IMG/VR virus record: IMGVR_UViG_2630968800_000001
From: a virus
Taxonomy: Duplodnaviria > Heunggongvirae > Uroviricota > Caudoviricetes
Reading direction: 5' to 3' (one strand)
DNA length: 49,775 nt
The translations under genes were made by a program, and so were the position numbers. The notes beneath the pieces were generated by a model, which was not told the DNA's origin, did not search any database, and was given only the letters and a program-made list of their open reading frames with translations. Positions 10,697 through 21,515 of this stretch are shown here, piece by piece (the stretch's first letter is position 1; every line of letters begins with the position of its first letter).

Positions 10697-12053
10697 CAGG
10701 TTCGCCGATGCCGGGCGGCGCTTCATCTTCGGCATTCTCGATGTCCTCGTTGGTAATGGATGCCCCTATGCCGGTTACGTCAGAATTTTCTCGCAAATCA
10801 GTCATAGCGGCTTTCAGTGTCATCAGACCATCACCCAGCGCCGTACTGATTGCGTTGGTGGTGTTTAACGCCACCGTTGAGCGATCGACATCAGACATTT
10901 GCCAGAGCGGGTTAAACTCAAACGTGAAATCGTCCGGCAGCGGCTTGCCAAGTTCCGAACGATGCATGATGTCCAGTATCCGCCGCACCGGAAGACGTAA
11001 ACGCCTCTCCTGCAACGAACTGATGCGATCGTAATAGTTGGCAAGGTCTGCATCACCGGTAGAAAATCCTTTCGGGGACTGTCCGAACAACCGCACCAGT
11101 GGGATACCAACAGCGCCACTAATCTGTTCTGCAAACTGCGAAAGGATGTCATCCAGACCACTGAAGCTGTACTGATGGGTTTCAAACTTATCCCGCGAGT
11201 CCATGAGCGTCATGCCTTCATTACTCTGGAACTGTCGAATCAGGTCGATATTCTTCAGCAACGCTTCATACGCAGGACCACCAAGTGCGATAAGCTCGCG
11301 TAGCTTCTCCACGCTGTAGGTACGCAAATGCGCCTTGTAGACCAGCTGCGCCGCGCCGACAGTAGCGCTGTCGAACGCGGTAAGACGATCCCAGATACGC
11401 TCTACAACCGACATTCCCCATTCGTTCTCGGTCATCTTCTGCTGAAATGGCAACGTGACGCCATCAAAGCGAATCAGGCGACTGTGATGAATGCGCCAGG
11501 CAGGAATTCCCGTTGCTGTGGTCACCACATCGTAAAACTCAGGTTTACCCAGGTCCGGCCCCATATCTTTAATGCGGCGGGTCAGTGCCGGGTCGACCAT
11601 CCAGCGGTCGAGCGGGAGAATCCCCTTAAACTTGCCCTTACCGATGGTTTCGGGTCGCAGCGGGGTCATTGGTGCCTGCCCCTCAATCATGATGAAACCC
11701 ACCGCGCCGCCGTAGAGGCGCGACCATTTCAGCACGTCATTCAGCGCATCCCAGATTTGCAACTCATCCAGTTGTGATTCGAGAATGCCACGATCTTTTG
11801 CATCAATTTCCGAAGTGATGCGAATGCCTTTGCGGGTCATATCATCCGGGATAGCATCGACTGCTTCGCCGATGATCCAGGATGAACGATAGGACCATTC
11901 CACCAGCATGCGGTTACGACTGGTGAAATTAGCCCGGTAGGTGGATGCTGAGTGCTGGTTAGGTGTCTGCATCCCTACTCGGGCAATAAAATTCTCATAA
12001 CCATCAGCTGTGGCCTGCACAGTTCGCCGCAGGGCTTGTTTGTTTCGTGCCAT
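10587..12053 (-). CDS. phage portal protein
   Basis: 488 aa with acidic C-terminal tail; start ATG overlaps TerL stop (TGATG) as usual for terminase-portal pairs. Confidence 0.75.
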   Translation of the reverse strand: MARNKQALRRTVQATADGYENFIARVGMQTPNQHSASTYRANFTSRNRMLVEWSYRSSWIIGEAVDAIPDDMTRKGIRITSEIDAKDRGILESQLDELQIWDALNDVLKWSRLYGGAVGFIMIEGQAPMTPLRPETIGKGKFKGILPLDRWMVDPALTRRIKDMGPDLGKPEFYDVVTTATGIPAWRIHHSRLIRFDGVTLPFQQKMTENEWGMSVVERIWDRLTAFDSATVGAAQLVYKAHLRTYSVEKLRELIALGGPAYEALLKNIDLIRQFQSNEGMTLMDSRDKFETHQYSFSGLDDILSQFAEQISGAVGIPLVRLFGQSPKGFSTGDADLANYYDRISSLQERRLRLPVRRILDIMHRSELGKPLPDDFTFEFNPLWQMSDVDRSTVALNTTNAISTALGDGLMTLKAAMTDLRENSDVTGIGASITNEDIENAEDEAPPGIGEPDDEPQEPSGGNPVSNQPTQDSEGGRRHRKWSLRWFK

Positions 12054-12781
12054 CAGGCCTGTCTCCCCAGCTGTTCCCAGATATCCAGCGATGTATCGAT
12101 TGGCGCGAAGGCCATAATGAATGCATCAGCAACGTTTGGTGACGGTATCTCGCGTTTTGCGAGGTCTTTTTTACTTTCGACCATCACACGTCCGTTACGG
12201 TCGAAATCACGATGAGGTGTTGTCAGTTCCAGTTTCAGCTTTTCAAGCAACGGACAACGAGAATCTATGCTGATCAGCTCATCCACAGGATACTGTTCTC
12301 CGTTGTTAATGGCGTTAAACGTATTTCTGAAACGGTCAGCCACCATGCCTGAGCCTTAAGATTTGCGAAAAAGTCTTTGTTGGGGATGCCGTTGTACTCG
12401 TCATCTGGCTCATGCACACCAGCACCGGCGTTAAACCTCTGGTAATTCACACGTCGCGCGTATGCGTTCTCGCTCTTCCGGTCAGCGTTAATTTCAGAGA
12501 ATTTAGCACCGGCAGACGCACCAACACCGATAGAGTCGTAAACAATATCTGCTTCACGCTCCAGCGCCGCCTGATAAGTACGCTGGCAGCTCTTCAGTAA
12601 TTCATCTTCTTTGGCCTTCCATTCGTCGGCCCAGAAAACAACGGATCCGTGACGGTAAACGTTAGCGCACTTATCTGTACCACTGTCAGCCACGTCAAAG
12701 CCAATACGCTTTCTTCCACTGGGTTCGAAATTTAACGTTTTGTGCGCATCCACTGCGGCTTCTATCCAAGACAGTTTGATG

Positions 12782-12786
12782 ATTGC
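12782..12786. repeat. IS2 target-site duplication ATTGC (copy 1)
   Basis: Identical 5-mer flanks both IS2 ends. Confidence 0.8.
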
Positions 12787-12797
12787 TGGATTTGCCC

Positions 12798-13703
12798 CTA
12801 TATTTCCAGACATCTGTTATCACTTAACCCATTACAAGCCCGCTGCCGCAGATATTCCCGTGGCGAGCGATAACCCAGCGCACTATGCGGATGCCATTCG
12901 TTATAATGCTCGAACGCCTCTGCAAGGTTCTTTGCTGCCGTTAACCCGTCTGGTTTGGGCATGATACTGATGTAGTCACGCTTTATCGTTTTCACGAAGC
13001 TCTCTGCTATTCCGTTACTCTCCGGACTCCGCACCGCCGTGTTCTTCGGTTCAAGTCCCAACATCCGGGCGAACTGGCGTGTTTCATTAGCCCGGTAGCA
13101 TGAACCATTATCCGTCAGCCACTCCACTGGAGACGACGGAAGATCGTTGCCGAAGCGGCGTTCCACCGCTCCCAGCATGACGTCCTGTACTGTTTCACTG
13201 TTGAAGCCGCCGGTAGTCCCCGCCCAGTGCAGTGCCTCACGATCACAGCAGTCCAGCGCGAACGTGACACGCAGTCTCTCTCCGTTATCACAGCAGAACT
13301 CGAACCCGTCAGAGCACCATCGCTGATTGCTTTCTTTCACGGCCACTCTGCCTGTATGTGCCCGTTTCGATGGCGGTACAGCAGGTTTTCGCTCAAGCAA
13401 CAGCGCATTCTGGCGCATGAGCCGGTAAACACGTTTGGCATTGATCGCAGGCATACCATCAAGTTCTGCCTGTCTGCGAAGCAGCGCCCATACCCGACGA
13501 TAACCATACGTGGGCAGCTCTCCGATAACATGGTGTATACGGAGAAGCACATCCGTATCATCAGTGTGACGACTGCGGCGGCCATCCATCCAGTCATCGG
13601 TTCGTCTGAGAATGACGTGCAACTGCGCACGCGACACCCGGAGACAACGGCTGACTAAGCTTACTCCCCATCCCCGGGCAATAAGGGCGCGTGCGCTATC
13701 CAC
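12798..13703 (-). CDS. insD: IS2 transposase InsD (OrfB)
   Basis: 301 aa recognised as IS2 InsD. Confidence 0.9.
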
Positions 13704-14026
13704 TTTTTTGCCCGTCCATATTCAACGGCTTCTTTGAGGAGTTCATTTTCCATCGTTTTCTTGCCGAGCAGGCGCTGGAGTTCTTTAATCTGCTTCATGG
13801 CGGCAGCAAGTTCAGAGGCAGGAACAACCTGTTCTCCGGCGGCCACAGCAGTAAGACTTCCTTCCTGGTATTGCTTACGCCAGAGAAATAGCTGGCTGGC
13901 TGCTACACCATGTTGCCGGGCAACGAGGGAGACCGTCATCCCCGGTTCAAAGCTCTGCTGAACAATTGCGATCTTTTCCTGTGTGGTACGCCGTCTGCGT
14001 TTCTCCGGCCCTAAGACATCAATCAT
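13661..14026 (-). CDS. insC: IS2 InsC (OrfA)
   Basis: [24 protein letters not shown]... 121 aa recognised as IS2 InsC. Confidence 0.9.
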
Positions 14027-14117
14027 CTGTTCTCCAATGACTAGTCTAAAAACTAGTATTAAGACTATCACTTAAATAAGTGATACTGGTTGTCTGGAGA
14101 TTCAGGGGGCCAGTCTA

Positions 14118-14122
14118 ATTGC
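14118..14122. repeat. IS2 target-site duplication ATTGC (copy 2)
   Basis: Identical 5-mer flanks both IS2 ends. Confidence 0.8.
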
Positions 14123-14735
14123 CGCATCATCATCAGACTCCGGAACGCCCTCATACACATGTTTAAAACCATCCGGATCACGGCGTCGCGCCGCGTCGAT
14201 AACCTTAAGCATGGTGTCAGACAGAAACGGATTTTCGTCATAGTTAATTTTGCGGATGAGAGTGCCTTCGGGCGGATCAACAACGAAGTTGCGCCAGACG
14301 AAATCAGTAACAAGTCCGGGGTTGAATATGAACCAGCATTCCGAACCCTCTTTACGGATCGTTGGCTCCAGAATTTTCCACTGGTATTCCGTCAGTGCGT
14401 GGGCTTCTTCCAGCCACAACATATCGATCCCCTCCAGTGACTTAATTTCTTCGATGTTGCGCCATAATCCATAAAAAACAAATTCCGAGCCAGTAACCCG
14501 GTTAATGATTTTGTTGTTCAGAATACGGAAACGGTGCCGCAGACCAAACCTGTCTATCTGAATTTTGAGCAGGGTATACACCGACTCTTCGATTTTATTC
14601 TGGATCTGACGGGCACAACAAAAACGCAGGGTGTATTTATTCGACAGAAATATGGCAATGCCAGCGGCATCCCATGATTTTGACGATGACCGACCACCAT
14701 AAAGCACTTTGTTACGTGCCCGCATAGTCCAGAAA

Positions 14736-15500
14736 CTACGTAAAGCCGGATTCAGCGTCGGTTTGGATGTCAGAGTAGAAGTCATTGAGGTCACGCTCTC
14801 CATTGCCATCATCAATACCTGCATCACGGCGAAGACGATCAGCCTCCAGAGACACCTTATCAGTGGCGGCCTTGCGGTAGGCTGTATCAGCAAATATTTT
14901 TCCTACCGTCGCAAGCGTGCCAACGATGGACTCAATACGAACTGTATTGCGCATCATTGCTTTCTCGGCGGCGCTGATATTTTCAATCAGCATCTTCCTT
15001 TCCTGGTCCCCATTAGCATCTTCCAGCGACACCAACCACCGACCAATATTCTCTGCAGCGACAAGGTTGTTAGCACGAAGGCGAAATAATTCGTCCTCGA
15101 GCGTCAACGCTTTAGCGTCCTCTATCACCTCATCTTTGAGCAGAAGGCGACGGGCATAACCACCGTGTTTTAATGCCTGCTGGTTACCGGGTTGGAATGG
15201 GTTAGTCGGGGGATCGGTACGCATTCCGCGTATCGGTTTCGTATCCGGTGTAGATTCTGTTTTTAGTTGCGTACTTTTTTGTGTAAGGCCAGTAATGGCA
15301 GGCTTTCTGCTGGTACGCACTTTCCTTTTTTGCGTACCATTTTTGCAAACCTGCGTACCGCCACTGCGTGCCCAATCAAGCTTTTTGGCCCTCTTCCTGA
15401 TAGCCCCTTCTGTAACGCCGTATTTCTCGCCTATATCACGGAGGCTAAGGACTCCGGCCCGGTATGCCGATTCGATGGCCTCCCAGTCCGGTTTTGCCAT
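14736..15500 (-). CDS. terminase small subunit
   Basis: 254 aa, N-terminal HTH-like segment (LSLRDIGEKYGVTEGAIRKRAKK), immediately upstream of TerL. Confidence 0.65.
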   Translation of the reverse strand: MAKPDWEAIESAYRAGVLSLRDIGEKYGVTEGAIRKRAKKLDWARSGGTQVCKNGTQKRKVRTSRKPAITGLTQKSTQLKTESTPDTKPIRGMRTDPPTNPFQPGNQQALKHGGYARRLLLKDEVIEDAKALTLEDELFRLRANNLVAAENIGRWLVSLEDANGDQERKMLIENISAAEKAMMRNTVRIESIVGTLATVGKIFADTAYRKAATDKVSLEADRLRRDAGIDDGNGERDLNDFYSDIQTDAESGFT

Positions 15501-15697
15501 GATTATGCTTCCTGTGATTTACTGTTATCGCTGCCTGTCACAATAGGTTGCTTTAATTCTTCCTCATCACTCACTCCTGCGACGCTCCGTGGCAGGGCCC
15601 CCCACAGGAGTACCTTGTAAATGTAAGGTGTTTAAGCCTAAATTAAGTCGTATCACGGTTAAATAGCAAAGAAAAATTCACAGAAGGAAAGACATTG

Positions 15698-16207
15698 ATG
15701 GAGTGGATAAATGCTTTGATGAACTATTTTGTACTTCATCCATATCGCCTATGGGGGCTTCTTTTTATAATAGCGTTCACAAAATCCACTTTACTCATTT
15801 CGGCGATATTGCCACCAGCATCAATTATGATGGCCACTGTAATTACAGTCAGCAAGACGACTCTTTCACCATGGGAAGCTGGAATCACGGTCATGAGTGG
15901 CGCATGGTGCGGTACTATCGTTAATTACCATCTTGGTATAATAATTGGGCATATCCCTCAACTTGCATGTATAATATCGAGCCGTTCCAATACAATAGAA
16001 CGGGTTCGCCTTCAGTTGCAAAATAACTCTGTGTCAATACTTTTCACTTCGCGCTTTATCGCCGTGCTGCGTTACATTGCTCCTTTGGTGGCAGGAATGT
16101 TGCAACTTCATCCAGTGAAAGTGTATACAGTGAGTCTGATTTCAGCTGCTAGCTGGTCAGCACTTTATGTTGGTAGTTTTAGCTTCGTGTTGCCTTTTTT
16201 TAGCTAA
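15698..16207 (+). CDS. DedA/YqaA-like small integral membrane protein (moron)
   Basis: 169 aa, multiple hydrophobic helices, LLISAILPPASIMMATVI... pattern like the YqaA/DedA family; AT-rich; convergent with Rz in the position bor occupies in lambda. Confidence 0.45.
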   Translation: MEWINALMNYFVLHPYRLWGLLFIIAFTKSTLLISAILPPASIMMATVITVSKTTLSPWEAGITVMSGAWCGTIVNYHLGIIIGHIPQLACIISSRSNTIERVRLQLQNNSVSILFTSRFIAVLRYIAPLVAGMLQLHPVKVYTVSLISAASWSALYVGSFSFVLPFFS

Positions 16208-16295
16208 ACTGCCCATAAAAAGCTCTTGCGAATCCAGCTTCCCCCATTCCTCTGACAACAGAATCTGATTTGAAGGATAATGAGTAAAATTACCG

Positions 16296-16541
16296 CTACC
16301 CCCCAAGGCATTGGATCCTGATGTACTCCTGAAGCATTCTCAATGCTGTCTGGTCGCTGATGATTCCGTCCCGGATACCGAGAACGTTTCGTCCAGCAAC
16401 TGGAGAGAGTTCGACGGTGGCATCATTGCCCATGCCGGAGGCGCTGGAGGTTTCGGCTGAGGATGGCACAGGGCATTTTCCTTTGACGAGCACCCGACCA
16501 CCATTATCAAGCTTGCGCCGAAGAGCATCATTTTCAGCTTT
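16296..16541 (-). pseudogene. Rz: spanin Rz, 5'-truncated by IS911
   Basis: Encodes ...[20 protein letters not shown]...GIRDGIISDQTALRMLQEYIRIQCLGG*; 16365-16541 is the reverse complement of 23471-23647. Confidence 0.8.
16340..16541 (-). pseudogene. Rz1: o-spanin Rz1, lacking its first 2 codons (IS911 junction)
   Basis: +1 frame inside Rz: ...[37 protein letters not shown]..., lipobox VVGC. Confidence 0.6.
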
Positions 16542-16613
16542 TGAAGTGGCACACTGAATTTGGCCACCTGAACAGAGGTGATATGCTCACCTCAGAACAA
16601 CACAGGTGCTCCA

Positions 16614-17782
<1,169 letters not shown>

Positions 17783-17810
17783 CCACTTCAGACATTCTGA
17801 GGTGACAGCG

Positions 17811-18689
17811 ATGATGACGTTTAACCTGCGTGAACAACAAAAAAGACTACAGGCGCGAATGGATGAGTTACGGGCAGAGATTGCATTTGCTCAGAAGGGC
17901 GAAAAGCCATGGCCTTATCGTTCCTGCCTGATGCGTGAAGGTCGCGGATATTGCGAAAAACATGGCGAATATCACACGCATATACTGGTGTGGAGCGATC
18001 GTAATGGCGAGGACAGAGAAGAAATTTCATGCTGCCCTGACTGCTTAATCGCTGAGGCCAACGATTTGACCATGGAGCTGTCGTCCATCAAGGCGGAAGA
18101 GCTGACTGATAACGCCGGAATTGCCCTGCGTTTTCGGGACTGCGAGTTTGATAATTATCTGGAGGTTAATCCTGGCGCAGCCAGAAATCTTGCGGCCTGT
18201 CGCCGCTATGCGGAGAACTGGCCAGATATGCTGGAGAACGGTACCAGTCTTGTTATGACCGGCAGTTGTGGTACCGGAAAAAATCATCTGGCTGTGGCTA
18301 TGGCAAAACACATCATCCGTAACTATCTGGCCAGTGTGGAGATCACCGACGTGATGCGCCTTACCCGTGCTGTGAAAAATTGCTGGCGGAATGACAGCGA
18401 AAAAACAGCGGATGAAGTTATTGAGCGTTATGCGTCAATGGATTTGCTGATCATCGACGAAGTTGGCGTTCAGTTTGGCAGCGCGGCTGAAATGGCTATT
18501 TTGCAGGAAATTATCAACGCCAGGTACGAAAGTATCTTGCCCACCATTCTGATCAGTAACCTCTCACCGGAAGAGTTGTGGGCGTTCATCAGTCCCCGAA
18601 TTGCCGACAGGATCACAGACGGGGGACGCAACTGGTTGTCGTTTAACTGGCCCAGTTACCGTTCTCGTATCAGAGGTGTGGCTGCATGA
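17811..18689 (+). CDS. DnaC/IstB-like replication helicase loader with Cys/His-rich N-terminal domain
   Basis: Walker A GSCGTGKNHLAVAMA; N-terminus has a C..C..H..H..CC..C cluster; RBS GAGGTG 4 nt upstream; gene starts 21 nt after the IS911 end. Confidence 0.75.
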   Translation: MMTFNLREQQKRLQARMDELRAEIAFAQKGEKPWPYRSCLMREGRGYCEKHGEYHTHILVWSDRNGEDREEISCCPDCLIAEANDLTMELSSIKAEELTDNAGIALRFRDCEFDNYLEVNPGAARNLAACRRYAENWPDMLENGTSLVMTGSCGTGKNHLAVAMAKHIIRNYLASVEITDVMRLTRAVKNCWRNDSEKTADEVIERYASMDLLIIDEVGVQFGSAAEMAILQEIINARYESILPTILISNLSPEELWAFISPRIADRITDGGRNWLSFNWPSYRSRIRGVAA

Positions 18690-20077
18690 CAACTCCAGTA
18701 TGGCGTAACGATGACCTTGAAGGCGCTGTCATCGGCGCGTTCTTTCTGCGCGGAGCAGATCCTGAAGTGATGGATATTCTGGCCACACTGCCAGCGGACG
18801 TTTTTTCTGTACGAGCGTATCAGGATATCTATACAGGCATCTGCAGACAGGCCCGTGTTTCAGGAGTGATTGACCCCGTGCTGTTGTGTAATGAGATGCC
18901 GGAACTTGCCCCGGTGATTACTGATACCGGGCGTAAAACCTGGGTGAAGTCTTCACTGGAGCACTATGTTGCAGCGTTGCGGCGCAATGCCGCACTGCGC
19001 GATGCAGAAAAAACACTGAATGAGGCGCTGCAGAAATTACGTGATGCGCATACCTGTGAAGCAGCTGAAGATGCCCTGAAGGATGCGCAGAACATGATGG
19101 TCACACTGTCGACAGGAAAGGGCGTCATTCAGCCGGTACATATTGATGATGTGCTTCCGGAAGTGGTTGAGCGTGTTGAATGCCGGAATCAGGGGCTGGA
19201 GAAATCCAGGACGTTGATGACCGGTATTGATGAACTGGACGCAAAAACAGGCGGTATGGAGCCCGGAGACCTGGTATTCATTGCCGCCCGTCCTTCGATG
19301 GGGAAAACCGAACTTGCGCTGGACATCATCGACAAGGTGACTGAGCAGGGGCATGGTGTGCTTCTGTTCACCATGGAGATGGCGAACATCCAGATTGGTG
19401 AACGTATGGTGTCTGCGGCTGGAGGGATGCCAGTATCACGCCTGAAATCTGTGGCTCACTTTGAAGATGAAGACTGGACGCGTTTCTCACAAGGGGTGGG
19501 GCGGATGACCGGGCGCAATATCTGGATGGTGGACCAGGCGAACCTGGCCATTGATGAGATATGCGCAACAACGAAACACCACCTGATTAAATATCCGGAA
19601 ACGGCGCTGGTGGTGGTTGATTATCTCGGGCTGATAAAAACCCGAACCACGGGGCGTCATGACCTTGCCGTGGGTGAAATCTCAAAGGGGCTTAAAGGCC
19701 TGGCAAAATCCGGTGGTTTTCCGTTGATTGCGCTGAGCCAGCTCTCCCGCGGTGTGGAGTCCAGACCCAATAAACGTCCCATGAACTCAGACCTGAAAAA
19801 TTCCGGAGAAATAGAGGCGGATGCAGACATCATTCTGATGCTTTACAGGGATGAAGTGTACAACCCGGATACGCAGGCCAGGGGCATCGCAGAAATCAAT
19901 ATCACGAAACAACGTAACGGTTCTCTGGGAACGATTTACCGGCGTTTTTATAACGGACATTTTCTGCCTGTGGACCAGGAAAGTGCACGGGTGCTTTCCA
20001 CTCCCATGAAGCCCGGCAATCCGCGCAGATACAGTAATAAACGAACTGACAGCAGTAAGATGGAGCGTTTCTTTTGA
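18686..20077 (+). CDS. DnaB-family replicative helicase
   Basis: 463 aa; Walker A ARPSMGKT; translationally coupled to the upstream loader gene. Confidence 0.85.
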   Translation: MTTPVWRNDDLEGAVIGAFFLRGADPEVMDILATLPADVFSVRAYQDIYTGICRQARVSGVIDPVLLCNEMPELAPVITDTGRKTWVKSSLEHYVAALRRNAALRDAEKTLNEALQKLRDAHTCEAAEDALKDAQNMMVTLSTGKGVIQPVHIDDVLPEVVERVECRNQGLEKSRTLMTGIDELDAKTGGMEPGDLVFIAARPSMGKTELALDIIDKVTEQGHGVLLFTMEMANIQIGERMVSAAGGMPVSRLKSVAHFEDEDWTRFSQGVGRMTGRNIWMVDQANLAIDEICATTKHHLIKYPETALVVVDYLGLIKTRTTGRHDLAVGEISKGLKGLAKSGGFPLIALSQLSRGVESRPNKRPMNSDLKNSGEIEADADIILMLYRDEVYNPDTQARGIAEINITKQRNGSLGTIYRRFYNGHFLPVDQESARVLSTPMKPGNPRRYSNKRTDSSKMERFF

Positions 20078-20331
20078 ACAACCAGACAATGACTTTTACC
20101 CCTGAACAATTGCGTAAACACGCGCAGGAAATGCTGCGTCATGCTGAACAACTCGAAAAAACGGGCATAACAAAAGATGCTATCCGTAAAGATATGGTAC
20201 CCGCGCTTCGGGAACTGATGCAGGCGAAGCATCGCGCACAGAAAGCAGTAGATGAGCTGGTGGACTGTGTGGCAGAGCTGGAAACCAGAGTCGGAAAGTT
20301 TGAAAAACTGGTGCAGGAGGCGCTGCGCTGA
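20074..20331 (+). CDS. hypothetical phage protein (85 aa, helical)
   Basis: Coupled to the helicase stop; no recognisable family. Confidence 0.35.
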   Translation: MNNQTMTFTPEQLRKHAQEMLRHAEQLEKTGITKDAIRKDMVPALRELMQAKHRAQKAVDELVDCVAELETRVGKFEKLVQEALR

Positions 20332-20425
20332 TGCGCCATGAGTTTGTTTTGCCCTGGCTTGTGCGCGATCATTATGTCCCTGGTGGAAAGCCCGGGATAA
20401 AAATCACCGAACCGGAGAGTATTTG

Positions 20426-20626
20426 ATGAGCGTCAAAATTCAAACGATACCGGAACTGCTTATCCAGACACGAGGTAATATGACCGAAGTTTCACGAATG
20501 CTGAACTGTAATCGCGCCACGGTAAGAAAATATGCTGAAGATAAAGAGGGCAAAGGGCACGCCATTGTTGATGGTGTTCTGATTGTTCATCGTGGATGGG
20601 ACAGGGGTAAAGACAGTGATGCGTGA
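20426..20626 (+). CDS. ninH: NinH
   Basis: [58 protein letters not shown] closely resembles lambda NinH. Confidence 0.75.
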   Translation: MSVKIQTIPELLIQTRGNMTEVSRMLNCNRATVRKYAEDKEGKGHAIVDGVLIVHRGWDRGKDSDA

Positions 20627-20999
20627 TATTCAGCAGGTTCTTGAGCGCTGGGGCGCGTGGGTGGCTAATAATCATGAGGATGTGACCTGGTCGTCCATTG
20701 CTGCCGGTTTTAAGGGATTAATCCCTTCAAAAGTAAAATCCCGCCCGCAATGCTGTGACGATGACGCGATGGTTATATGTGGGTGTATGGCCCGCCTTAA
20801 CCGGAACAACAACGATCTACATGACTTGCTGGTTGACTACTACGTGTTTGGGATGACATTCATGACGCTGGCGCGGAAGCATGGATGCTCAGATGGTTAT
20901 ATAGGAAAGAAGCTACAAAAAGCCGAGGGGGTGGTGGAAGGAATGTTGATGATGTTGGGTGTCCGGTTAGAAATGGACAAATATATTGAACATCCCTGA
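20619..20999 (+). CDS. Q: late antiterminator Q (phage 82 / DLP12 QuuD type)
   Basis: [26 protein letters not shown]...[16 protein letters not shown]... zinc-binding Q family; followed by a promoter/terminator region. Confidence 0.8.
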   Translation: MRDIQQVLERWGAWVANNHEDVTWSSIAAGFKGLIPSKVKSRPQCCDDDAMVICGCMARLNRNNNDLHDLLVDYYVFGMTFMTLARKHGCSDGYIGKKLQKAEGVVEGMLMMLGVRLEMDKYIEHP

Positions 21000-21004
21000 T
21001 GGTA

Positions 21005-21085
21005 AGGGGCGACTTTCTAGAAAATATTTTACGTACGTAAAAAACGGGATATTCTGTTAAGAGTGGTTGCTTCGCCACACAGCTT
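21005..21085 (+). promoter_or_regulatory. probable late promoter pR' / qut region
   Basis: Position between Q and the downstream terminator, by analogy with lambdoid pR'-qut-tR'; exact -35/-10 not resolved. Confidence 0.3.
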
Positions 21086-21110
21086 AAACCCGCCTCCGGG
21101 CGGGTTTTTT
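21086..21110 (+). terminator. tR'-like rho-independent terminator
   Basis: AAACCCGCC-tccg-GGCGGGTTT stem followed by TTTTTT. Confidence 0.65.
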
Positions 21111-21198
21111 ATGCCTGAAAAACGGTACAGGACGTTAAACACGCTGGTGGTCAGATGAGTTTGCAGATGTGATGACATATGGTTATTATTCTGCCTCC

Positions 21199-21275
21199 GG
21201 CCCTTTAGCTCAGTTGGTCAGAGCGAGCGACTCATAATCGCCAGGTCGCTGGTTCAAGTCCAGCAAGGGCCACCA
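21199..21275 (+). tRNA. tRNA-Ile(CAU) (ileX-like; could be read as Met)
   Basis: Cloverleaf GGCCCTT...AAGGGCC-A-CCA, anticodon loop CTCATAA, close to E. coli ileX. Confidence 0.8.
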
Positions 21276-21276
21276 A

Positions 21277-21353
21277 CCACCACTAGCTCATCCGGATAGA
21301 GCATCAACCTTCTAAGTTGACGGTGCGAGGTTCGAGTCCTCGGTGGTGGGCCA
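21277..21353 (+). tRNA. tRNA-Arg(UCU)
   Basis: Acceptor CCACCAC/GTGGTGG, anticodon loop CTTCTAA, T-loop TTCGAGT, CCA encoded. Confidence 0.75.
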
Positions 21354-21355
21354 GC

Positions 21356-21431
<76 letters not shown>

Positions 21432-21434
21432 TAT

Positions 21435-21509
<75 letters not shown>

Positions 21510-21515
21510 GTCAGA

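Larger units (their letters stand above)
12787..14117 (-). mobile_element. IS2, 1331 bp
   Basis: Ends TGGATTTGCCCC...GGCCAGTCTA (reverse orientation); insC/insD inside; 5-bp direct repeat ATTGC. Confidence 0.9.
12053..14725 (-). pseudogene. terminase large subunit, disrupted by IS2 and a frameshift
   Basis: N-part has Walker A (YGGRSSSKSW); reading frame is continuous across the IS2 junction; the C-terminal 97 codons (12053-12346) are in another frame; native length is not a multiple of 3. Confidence 0.8.

Noticed and set aside
9953-10735. Possible frameshift explaining the >100-nt overlap between the portal 3' end and the MuF-like ORF
   Set aside because: Both frames are individually coherent; more likely an ambiguous MuF start. 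No direct evidence of a lesion.
20330-20425. 31-codon ORF (MRHEFVLPWLVRDHYVPGGKPGIKITEPESI) between the 85-aa ORF and ninH
   Set aside because: Too short and no recognisable family; possibly a nin-region remnant.
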